Assembly (NCBI GenBank): GCA_030628155.1
Contig: DAOVRL010000001.1
Location: 2,351 to 66,350, forward strand
Direction of reading: 5' to 3'
DNA length: 64,000 bases
Origin: Sedimentisphaerales bacterium
GTDB lineage: Bacteria; Planctomycetota; Phycisphaerae; Sedimentisphaerales; Anaerobacaceae
The translations under genes and the position numbers were made by a program. The notes under the pieces were generated by a model. That model saw only the letters and a program-made list of their open reading frames with translations. It ran no database searches and was not told the origin of the DNA. Shown one piece after another: positions 45,011-53,046 of the stretch (position 1 is its first letter; each line of letters opens with the position of its first letter).

Positions 45011-47890
45011 ATGCGCATAGCCGCACTTGCCTGCAGGAGTTACTACAGCCTTTTGAGAGGGCCGGTCTCGGTGCAGCGGCTCGTCCAAAGGGCCAAGGAG
45101 TACGGCTACGGCGCCATTGCCCTAACGGACGTCAATTCGATGTATGGGGCGGCGGATTTTTGCAAATCAGCCAAACAGGCAGATATAAAGGCGGTCCTCG
45201 GCGTAGAGATTCTGACCGATACCCAAAGGGCCGTGCTGCTTGCCGAGAGCAGGGCTGGGTATGAAAATCTTTGCAGAATAACTACGGCAAGAAACCTCGA
45301 TACCAACTTCTGCCTGATTGAGCAGCTAAAGAGGCACAACAAAGGTCTTATCTGTATTTGCTCCCAACAAAGGCTGCTAAAGCTCCTGCAAGAGATATTT
45401 CACAGGGATTATCTATTTGCCGGCTGTAAAGGGCCGGCACCGGCTAAGTGGGCAAGGGCGAATAAGATAGCAGCTATCGCCTGCGAAGATTTCAACTACC
45501 TGGATGACAGCGATATAGTTACAGCCAGGCTTTTGGCAAGGATAAGGCGGTTAAGCGTGGCCGGGCCGGGGCCGCCGGATTGCTGCGGATTCAATAAGCT
45601 CATACCAGAAACGCAATTCAGGCGAAGGTTTCCGGGCTGCCCTGAAGCGCTCCGTAATGCCGAACAGATAGCTCAGCGCTGCAACTTCCAATTACTAAAC
45701 GGACGGTATTTCTTACCTAAAGTCAAGCTTACCAAAGGCAGAGCCGCCGACGCCGAGCTGGCCAGACTTTGCCACATTGGCCTTGCGAAGAAATATAATC
45801 CCGTGGACAAGGAAATTGTTAAGCGGCTCGAACGCGAGCTGGCAGTCATACGAAAGAACAAGTTCAGTGATTACTTTCTGGTGGTCCACAGGATAGTCAG
45901 CTTTGCAAAGCAAAACGGCATTGCCGTAGAAGTGCGCGGCTCGGCGGCGGGGTCGCTCGCGGCACATTTATTAGGCTTTACGAGGGTATGCCCTATTGCG
46001 AACAATCTATACTTCGAGCGTTTTATGAACCCCGGCAGAAAAGACTGTCCCGATATTGATATTGACTTTTGCTGGAGAAGGCGGGACGAGGTGATAAAGT
46101 TCTGCTACGAACACTGGGGATATGAAAACGTCGCAATGATTTCAAATATCAACAGATACCGCCGTCGCAGCGCCATTCGAGACGTGGGAAGGTTCCTCGA
46201 CCTGGAGCCAAACCAGATAAACGAGCTTGTCAACACGCGAAAACCAAATCCCGATTCTGCCGTCTATAAGTTAGCTGAGAGGATAATGGACGTGCCCAGG
46301 CACTTAGGCGTCCACTGCGGCGGCATCGTTATCACTCCCAAGCCGGTCAGATGTATCGCACCTCTCGAGCGGGCAAACAAAGGCGTGATTATAACTCAAT
46401 ACGATAAAACGGCCGCCGAGGCCGTGGGGCTGGTTAAGATCGACCTCTTGGGTAACAGGGCGCTTTCAACAGTAAACGAGGCGGTGCATATTATCAGCAA
46501 GCCCGCTAAGAGTATGGACATCGACGCCATAGACCCAAACGATGAAAAAACAGCGAAGCTGCTAATCGCCGGTGACAGCCTCGGCGTATTTCAATGTGAA
46601 TCGCCGGGGATGAGACAACTTTTGCGCGGGCTTAAGGTCAAGAGCAAGAAAGATGCCGCAATCGCCCTGTCGCTAATCAGGCCCGGCCCCGCTTCAGGTG
46701 GGATGAAGGCCGAATTCATCGAGCGGCACGTCAATGGAAAGCCGTTCCGGTATCTGCACCCGAAAATGAAGGATGTCCTCGGTGACACTTACGGCGTTAT
46801 GCTGTATCAGGAGGATGTGATGCGGATAGCCGTTGAGATCGCCGGCTACAGCCTGGCCGAGGCCAACCAGTTCAGGACGGAGGTGTCGAAGAAGGTTTCC
46901 GCCGTGCGTCTGCAGGCCCAGTATGTCGATTTCGTATATTCCAAGGCCGAGCAGGAAGGGATCGACCGCCAGAGTGCCGAGGCTATCTGGGAGCAGATAC
47001 TGAAATTCGCCGCCTATTCGTACTGCAAGGCCCACGCGACGGTATATGCCAATATCGCGTGGCAGACGGCCTTTCTGAAGGCGCACTATCCGCAGCAGTT
47101 TTATACCTCGCTGTTTAACAATCACCACGGGATGTATCCGCTGAGGGTCTATGTGTGGGAGGCCATAAGGCACGGCATAAGGATACTGCCGCCCCACGTC
47201 AATCGCAGCCAAATTGAGTGGTCACCGCAGGGCAGAGCCATTCGCGCGGGTTTGAATATCATCAAGGGCCTAAGTTACAGCGTAACGGACGCAATTGTTC
47301 GCCAAAGAAAGATTAGGCCTTTCGCCGACATAGACGACCTGCGCACGCGGGTAAAGTTCAATCGGCCGCAGTTGCAAAACCTTATTCACGTCGGCGCCTG
47401 TGACGGCTTAGGCAAAACCCGGCCTGCGATGCTGATGCAGTTACATTATGCGCCTTTGGACCCGAATCAACTGCTGCTCTTTGATCTCTACAATAATCCA
47501 TCACGAAAACGACTGCCCGAATACGACCGGATAGCGAAATTGAAAGCCGAGGTTGACGTTACCGGAATTCCATTTAGCCTCCATCCGGCGCTGTTGCTGC
47601 AGATAAAGCACACGCCAACGGCCAGCCTGAGCAGATTCATCAACAGGGAAGTTACCGTAGCCGGCTTTGTGGCCACCGCACGACGGGCCAGGACCAGCAA
47701 CGGCCGGGTAATGGGCTTTGTAACATTAGAGGATTCCACCGGCCTGGCAGAGATAACCTTCTTTCCCGATAAGATAAACCTGTATCAAAACATCTGTTCG
47801 GCCGGGGGGGCGATCTGGATAAAAGGCAAAGTTACCGAGCATCTATCATCGATTACTTTAGAAGGCAGGGATTGCGGCAGAGTGGCGTAG
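45011..47890 (+). CDS. dnaE2: DNA polymerase III alpha-subunit family protein, short DnaE2/ImuC-like
   Basis: GGAGAAGGT precedes the ATG. PHP-like N-terminus, Pol III alpha core (PRHLGVHCGGIVITP, LLGNRALS, YCKAHA) and a C-terminal OB fold (VTVAGFVATARRARTSNGRVMGFVTLEDSTG). At 959 aa it is shorter than replicative DnaE. It lies downstream of lexA. Confidence 0.75.
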   Translation: MRIAALACRSYYSLLRGPVSVQRLVQRAKEYGYGAIALTDVNSMYGAADFCKSAKQADIKAVLGVEILTDTQRAVLLAESRAGYENLCRITTARNLDTNFCLIEQLKRHNKGLICICSQQRLLKLLQEIFHRDYLFAGCKGPAPAKWARANKIAAIACEDFNYLDDSDIVTARLLARIRRLSVAGPGPPDCCGFNKLIPETQFRRRFPGCPEALRNAEQIAQRCNFQLLNGRYFLPKVKLTKGRAADAELARLCHIGLAKKYNPVDKEIVKRLERELAVIRKNKFSDYFLVVHRIVSFAKQNGIAVEVRGSAAGSLAAHLLGFTRVCPIANNLYFERFMNPGRKDCPDIDIDFCWRRRDEVIKFCYEHWGYENVAMISNINRYRRRSAIRDVGRFLDLEPNQINELVNTRKPNPDSAVYKLAERIMDVPRHLGVHCGGIVITPKPVRCIAPLERANKGVIITQYDKTAAEAVGLVKIDLLGNRALSTVNEAVHIISKPAKSMDIDAIDPNDEKTAKLLIAGDSLGVFQCESPGMRQLLRGLKVKSKKDAAIALSLIRPGPASGGMKAEFIERHVNGKPFRYLHPKMKDVLGDTYGVMLYQEDVMRIAVEIAGYSLAEANQFRTEVSKKVSAVRLQAQYVDFVYSKAEQEGIDRQSAEAIWEQILKFAAYSYCKAHATVYANIAWQTAFLKAHYPQQFYTSLFNNHHGMYPLRVYVWEAIRHGIRILPPHVNRSQIEWSPQGRAIRAGLNIIKGLSYSVTDAIVRQRKIRPFADIDDLRTRVKFNRPQLQNLIHVGACDGLGKTRPAMLMQLHYAPLDPNQLLLFDLYNNPSRKRLPEYDRIAKLKAEVDVTGIPFSLHPALLLQIKHTPTASLSRFINREVTVAGFVATARRARTSNGRVMGFVTLEDSTGLAEITFFPDKINLYQNICSAGGAIWIKGKVTEHLSSITLEGRDCGRVA

Positions 47891-48006
47891 TGGTCTGTCA
47901 AGATCGAATTAGTACCTGTCATTGCGAGGAGGCCGAAGGCCGACACGGCAATCTCAATCCGCTCGAAGACCGGAGATTGCCACGGCCTTTCAGGCCTCGC
48001 AATGAC
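47888..48006. repeat. REP/MITE-like element (leader box TAGTGGTCTGT plus a forward/reverse REP pair forming a long hairpin)
   Basis: GTCATTGCGAGG (47918-47929) pairs with CCTCGCAATGAC (47995-48006). GGCAATCTC (47947-47955) pairs with GAGATTGCC (47973-47981). The leader box contains the dnaE2 stop codon. Confidence 0.8.
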
Positions 48007-48052
48007 GACTCCTCAAATCCTATGCGACAAAGCAGCAGGTAGGGCAAGGAAC

Positions 48053-48901
48053 CTATCTGGCGATTTCTTTGCGCAGCCATTCGATGCTTTGCTCGATCTT
48101 TCCAGGCGCCGCTTCACATTCTATTGACAGCCAACCATCCCAGTCGATTTCCTTGAGCAGCTCGATACAGCCCGCGATGTTCTCGGCGTTGACGCCTTCC
48201 CCGATACCGACGACCGAGCAGGCGATGCCGGTCATCCCGCCGCGGACGGCCTCGGCAAGCTCTTCGCTGACGTCCTTGATGTGGCAGTGCGAGACCTTGT
48301 CGCGAAACCGCTTTAGAAACTTGACCGGGTCCTGCCCCGCGATAAAGACATTGCCCGTGTCCATGTTCATCTTCAAATACGGCGAGTCATAGAAGCCGAG
48401 AATCTGCTCCATACTATCCGGATCGGTTGTGTAGGGTCCGTGCGGCTCGACATTGATAATGATGTCATATTCCTGGGCCCAATCGAGCACGACGCGGTAG
48501 TACTGCTTCATAAGGACCATCACCTCGTCGTCGGTGTAGCCTTCGGGCTTGCGTCCGCCGTCTGTCGTGTCCACGCAGGGGCAACCGAGGCCCTTGGCGA
48601 ACTGGATGGTCCGAACCGTGTAGCCGATCCCGCGGTGCTGACCCTCGGGGCAGGACATTGGATAGGCAGCGTCGAGCTGGGAGGCCTTCAGACCCATTGA
48701 GTCCAGGTAGCTCTTGAGCTTGAGCGGGTCGGAATGAAGGGGGATATGAGGATTATAGCCCAAGGCCTGGACGAAGTAGTCCCCGTCGATGGTGCCGAAC
48801 TCGACGTACTCCATATCGTGGTCCTTGGCAACCTGGCAGGGAACGTCATAAGAGACGTCGAAGTGGCGCCAATTGTCAACGTGCATGCTTAGCTTTATCA
48901 T
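48053..48901 (-). CDS. xylose-isomerase-like TIM-barrel protein (sugar phosphate isomerase/epimerase family)
   Basis: AAAGGAG RBS. VEFGTIDG ... IINVEPHG ... NMDTGNVFIAGQD ... HCHIKD ... SIECE is a metal-ligand pattern typical of AP_endonuc_2. Confidence 0.85.
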   Translation of the reverse strand: MIKLSMHVDNWRHFDVSYDVPCQVAKDHDMEYVEFGTIDGDYFVQALGYNPHIPLHSDPLKLKSYLDSMGLKASQLDAAYPMSCPEGQHRGIGYTVRTIQFAKGLGCPCVDTTDGGRKPEGYTDDEVMVLMKQYYRVVLDWAQEYDIIINVEPHGPYTTDPDSMEQILGFYDSPYLKMNMDTGNVFIAGQDPVKFLKRFRDKVSHCHIKDVSEELAEAVRGGMTGIACSVVGIGEGVNAENIAGCIELLKEIDWDGWLSIECEAAPGKIEQSIEWLRKEIAR

Positions 48902-48917
48902 AATTTAACTCCTTTTC

Positions 48918-49114
48918 TCTGGTTGTTTATGAGTTCTGCAAAATTGCAGGTTAGGCCTATATTGTTGAAGAAAATCTTTTTTATGATTTTCTTCAATAAT
49001 CACCTAACCACTTATGGCATAATATATTGCTGATAAAAAGAAAAAATCAAAAAACGATTTTTTCTTTTCTAAGTAGGCCTAACCTGCAATTTTGCAGAAG
49101 CCTTCTGGTTGTTT
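48918..49114. mobile_element. MITE-like AT-rich structured element with 25-bp perfect terminal inverted repeats and 11-bp flanking direct repeats
   Basis: TIRs: TTCTGCAAAATTGCAGGTTAGGCCT (48934-48958) and AGGCCTAACCTGCAATTTTGCAGAA (49075-49099). Direct repeats TCTGGTTGTTT at 48918-48928 and 49104-49114. Two internal perfect or near-perfect hairpins. Confidence 0.55.
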
Positions 49115-49154
49115 GCAAGTAACATATTCATTGCTTTGTCTCAAGGGCCGGCGC

Positions 49155-49631
49155 TTAGCCCGGTTCGGTGATCTCAGCTTTTTTGATCCTGTGTGTATCG
49201 TGACAATCGGTGCAGACAGGCGGGGGCTTCGCTGCGGCAGCTTTCAGGCCGGAGATGTCGTGCCTTTTGTGACACTTCAGGCACATTGCATCGACCCGGC
49301 CGCGCTCAAAAGTAACATCGGGCGGGGTTGCGCCGATATCTTCATCGTTCGCGTGCCCGGCGCTGACGCCGTGGCAGCCAACACACGTGATTCTTGCCTT
49401 GAGATGCGCCTTACTCAATTCTTCTTTGACAAACGTGATATGACAGACGTAGCAGGCGGCGTTGGCGCCGAGGGGATTGGTTTCGTCAAATTGCGCAGCG
49501 GCCTCGGCTTCGGCGCCGATGCTGTTATCAGGGGGCGGACAACACGAGCACATACAGGCCAGGGTTGCCAATCCGGCGGTAACGATGACAAGCAGAGCCA
49601 GCCTTATACTCTTTCCCAGTTCCTGAGCCAT
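49155..49631 (-). CDS. tetraheme c-type cytochrome, membrane-anchored or lipoprotein
   Basis: Four CxxCH motifs (CYVCH, CVGCH, CLKCH, CTDCH) and an N-terminal hydrophobic anchor with a Cys cluster. ATG 49631 overlaps the upstream AKR gene by 28 nt. Confidence 0.8.
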   Translation of the reverse strand: MAQELGKSIRLALLVIVTAGLATLACMCSCCPPPDNSIGAEAEAAAQFDETNPLGANAACYVCHITFVKEELSKAHLKARITCVGCHGVSAGHANDEDIGATPPDVTFERGRVDAMCLKCHKRHDISGLKAAAAKPPPVCTDCHDTHRIKKAEITEPG

Positions 49632-50683
49632 TGATACTCCGGGGTAAGGTTGGCGTGGTAGTTCTCGGTGCACGTGCGGATGGCGTCTTTGTCTTTGGAA
49701 GTCAGCGGCTTGTCGCGCTCATACGAGCCCTTCACGTTTTCTTCGAGCTGGGCGGTGGTATTGACGCCCGGGATGACGGCCGAGATGCGAGGCTCGGCAA
49801 GCATTTTTTTGACCAGAACGTGGGCATTCTTGTCCACCTTGCCCTTTATCTCACGGGGTTTTATGCCGAAGGTGGTCCCCGCGCCGAACGGCTTTAGGCC
49901 GATCACGCCCACGTCCTTTTCTCTGGCCAGCTTGAGCAGACTGTCACCGCCGAGCTCCTCGGTAAGAAAAAGGTACGGGAAGATGATCACCGAGAACCGG
50001 GGGTACTCGTTGAGGATGCGGCGGAAGAGCTTTGGGTTGTGGGCCGAGATGCCGAGATAGCGAATCTTGCCCTGCCGATGCACCTTGTCGAAGGCCTCAA
50101 CCACCATATCGAGGATTCTGTGGCTGACCATAAGCATAGTGGGAATGGCCGTCTGGCCCTCGCCCCAGGTCGCACCGACCGGTCGCCAGATGTCGAGCAT
50201 GTCCGTCTTGTAGTGTTTGAGTCGCCCGTCGATTTCGCTCAGGAAACGCTTCTTCGAGAGTTCCTTTTCATATTCTTCGGTGAGCTTCTGGGGCCAGGAT
50301 GCAAACCCGATGTACCAGTTCTTGCGTTTGCCGCGGAGGGCCTGGCCGTATTGCTCGCACTCGGCGACGATGTTGGTATCGAGATAATTTATGCCGAGCT
50401 CGGCGGCACGTTCGAGCACCTCCACGCGGTTCTCCAGGCCGAGCGAGCCGTGGCCGCCCAGACTGACTTCGGAGATCATCAGTTTTGTCTTGCCCAGCCG
50501 GCGATAGCCCATTTTAGCGTTGTAGTTGAGTATCTTCGACGTATCGGCCTTCGATTTCTTTGCCGACTTGCCGGTTTTCGGTGCGGCACGTACCTGTCCG
50601 GCCAACGTGCCGGCGATTGTCCCTGCTGCCGCAAGAGACGTCTTGCGAATGAATTTCCGCCTGGAGAGCTTGTCCGTATTCAT
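49604..50683 (-). CDS. aldo/keto reductase with a twin-arginine (Tat) signal peptide
   Basis: MNTDKLSRRKFIRKTSLAAAGTIAGTLAGQVRA, then the AKR N-terminus MGYRRLGKTKLMISEVSLGG ... INYLDTN. The track start at 50824 is upstream of the Tat motif, so ATG 50683 is preferred. Confidence 0.85.
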   Translation of the reverse strand: MNTDKLSRRKFIRKTSLAAAGTIAGTLAGQVRAAPKTGKSAKKSKADTSKILNYNAKMGYRRLGKTKLMISEVSLGGHGSLGLENRVEVLERAAELGINYLDTNIVAECEQYGQALRGKRKNWYIGFASWPQKLTEEYEKELSKKRFLSEIDGRLKHYKTDMLDIWRPVGATWGEGQTAIPTMLMVSHRILDMVVEAFDKVHRQGKIRYLGISAHNPKLFRRILNEYPRFSVIIFPYLFLTEELGGDSLLKLAREKDVGVIGLKPFGAGTTFGIKPREIKGKVDKNAHVLVKKMLAEPRISAVIPGVNTTAQLEENVKGSYERDKPLTSKDKDAIRTCTENYHANLTPEYQWLRNWERV

Positions 50684-50903
50684 AGGCTTTTCCTTTTCAA
50701 ACTGCCTCGCACGGTTAAAATAGCCTTCGGCCCAATCGTACTGCTGAGCGAATCGGCCTTTATTATAGCCGGTTGCGCCTGTAAATTCTACGAAAAGATT
50801 TGACACTATTGTTACGCGCGCCAATAATCGACTCAGGATGTATCTAAACCGCCGGTAACGATAAGGCGTTTTGAAAGAACGCCCTTTCTAACGGAGGCCA
50901 ACT

Positions 50904-51608
50904 ATGCAAGCGAGTCTGCTTATATCGGTCTTTGCAGCCGCCTTAGCTGCCGGGGGACTTTCATCTGTCGCCCAGGCCGGGCAGGATTTTTCGCCGAAAC
51001 CGCAGGAGCAGCAACTACCTGACGCTATGCACTCGGCGATGAAGGAGCTGCCGAGCATTACGGTCGGGCTACGCGACGCCGATTTGATTGGAAGTGATAA
51101 TCGCGCTCTGCAGGCGGCGGTTGACTACATCGCCGGCTTGGGAGGCGGCATCGTGGAAATCGCTCAGGGGCAATACACGATGTATGATTCGCTGCATCTG
51201 CGCTCGAATGTCACTGTCCGGGGCGCCAAAGGCAAAACGATACTGCGCAAGGCGGACGGAGCCCTATCGCCCCTGGCCCTTGACGGCGATTTCGGTGAGC
51301 AGCAGATAACGGTGGCAAATCCGGCCGGCTTTGCGGTTGGCTATGGCGTGGCGATTTGGGACGACCGTGCCGCGGGATTTCATACTACGGTTGCGCGCAT
51401 CACCGGACGCAATGGCAATACCTTTGCGATCGATAAACCTCTGATGGCCGACTGTATGCTAAATAATAAGGCTAAGGCGGCTACGGTTTTTCCTGTTGTC
51501 AGCAGCTATAACATCAAGGGGACAAGGATTGAGAATCTCACTATCGACGGCAATACAATAGAGGCGAAAACACCCGTTGACGACCGGCGCGTACGGAAAA
51601 CAAAATAG
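50904..51608 (+). CDS. right-handed parallel beta-helix (pectate-lyase-fold) protein, apparently C-terminally truncated
   Basis: Signal peptide. ALQAAVDYIAGLGGGIVEIAQGQYTMYDSLHLRSNVTVRGAKGKTIL ... IENLTIDGN, then an abrupt unrelated tail and stop. Confidence 0.65.
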   Translation: MQASLLISVFAAALAAGGLSSVAQAGQDFSPKPQEQQLPDAMHSAMKELPSITVGLRDADLIGSDNRALQAAVDYIAGLGGGIVEIAQGQYTMYDSLHLRSNVTVRGAKGKTILRKADGALSPLALDGDFGEQQITVANPAGFAVGYGVAIWDDRAAGFHTTVARITGRNGNTFAIDKPLMADCMLNNKAKAATVFPVVSSYNIKGTRIENLTIDGNTIEAKTPVDDRRVRKTK

Positions 51609-51656
51609 AGTACGGCTTTTTCTCACGAAGGAACAAGATTGAACAAGGAGAAGAAA

Positions 51657-52985
51657 ATGAATTCAGTTAATCGTCGAGATTTTTTGAAGGGCTCGATCGG
51701 TGTTGCCGCCACAGTCGCCGTTCTGCCTCAAAGGCCAAGCTTCGCGGCAAATGAGAAAGTCATCGTTGGTGTGATGGGACTTGGCGGCCGAGGGACATAT
51801 CTGGCGACAAGCTTCGCGCGAAGGGCCGATACGGACGTCGCGTATCTTTGCGATGCGGACAGCAGACGCTTTGCCCGGGCAAAAAAGGCGACCGAGGCAG
51901 TCCAGACGAGAAAACCGAAGTTGGTGCAGGATTTTCGACGGATTCTCGATGATAAGGACGTGGATGTGCTCATCAATGCGACACCCGACCACTGGCACGC
52001 CCTTGGGGCCATTATGGCCTGTCAGGCAGGCAAAGACGTCTATGTGGAAAAGCCTCTCGCCCATAATATCTTCGAAGGCAGGAAAATGGTCGAGGCGGCG
52101 CGAAAGTACAAGAGGGTCGTTCAGGTGGGAATGCAAAGCCGCAGTGCACCTTATATGGCCAACGCCGTCGAATATGTGCGATCCGGCAAGCTCGGCGAGG
52201 TTCACCTTGTCCGGGTCTTTAATATGATGAAGCATTCGGCGATGAACAAAGGGCCCGAGCAGCCTGTGCCGGACGGCTTTGACTACGATATGTGGTGCGG
52301 CCCGGCCCCCAAGCTCCCGTATAATCCGAGCCGGCGCTGGTTGAACTTTTGGGAGTATAGCTGCGGACCCATCGCCGGTGACGCAGTTCACCAGTTGGAC
52401 CTGGCGCGATATTTGACCGGCGACAAACCTTATCCGGATACCGTCTGTCACGCAGGCGGCATCAATGCCCTGCCCGACGGCAGGAACACCCCGGACACCC
52501 AGTTGGCAGTGTATGAGTACGGCAAATTCACGCTCCAGTTTGAAGCGACCCTCTGGACGCCTTATATTAAGAAAATACCTCAGACTATCCGCAATTCCGA
52601 TGCCTTTCCAGACTGGCCGTTCAGCAGCACCAGGATCGAAGTATTCGGCACCGAGGGCTTTATGTACCTCGGCAGACACGGCGGCGGTTGGCAGGCCTAC
52701 GACGCAGGCGGAAAGATCGTTCATTCGCAATTCGGCCGCCAGGGCGATAAGGAGCATCAGGATAATTTCATCGACTGTATTCGCACGCGCAAGAGGCCCA
52801 ACGCGGATGTCGAGCAGGGCCACTACTCCGTGTTGCTGTCTCACCTGGCCAATATATCGTACAGGGTCGGTAATCAAAAGCTTACGTTCGACCCAAGAAC
52901 CGAATCCTTCGTCGATGCCCCCGAGGCCGACAGGTATCTAAAGCGCCCGTACAGACAGCCGTGGGTAGTACCGGACAAAGTATAG
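51657..52985 (+). CDS. Gfo/Idh/MocA family oxidoreductase with a Tat signal peptide
   Basis: GGAG RBS precedes ATG 51657. MNSVNRRDFLKGSIGVAATVAV, then a Rossmann motif (VGVMGLGGRG) and the EKP motif (DVYVEKPLAHN). Confidence 0.9.
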   Translation: MNSVNRRDFLKGSIGVAATVAVLPQRPSFAANEKVIVGVMGLGGRGTYLATSFARRADTDVAYLCDADSRRFARAKKATEAVQTRKPKLVQDFRRILDDKDVDVLINATPDHWHALGAIMACQAGKDVYVEKPLAHNIFEGRKMVEAARKYKRVVQVGMQSRSAPYMANAVEYVRSGKLGEVHLVRVFNMMKHSAMNKGPEQPVPDGFDYDMWCGPAPKLPYNPSRRWLNFWEYSCGPIAGDAVHQLDLARYLTGDKPYPDTVCHAGGINALPDGRNTPDTQLAVYEYGKFTLQFEATLWTPYIKKIPQTIRNSDAFPDWPFSSTRIEVFGTEGFMYLGRHGGGWQAYDAGGKIVHSQFGRQGDKEHQDNFIDCIRTRKRPNADVEQGHYSVLLSHLANISYRVGNQKLTFDPRTESFVDAPEADRYLKRPYRQPWVVPDKV

Positions 52986-53046
52986 GGACCGGTGAAGCCA
53001 AACGCAAACGGCCGGAAGTGCTGCCGAAGACAGGCAATCGATCAGA

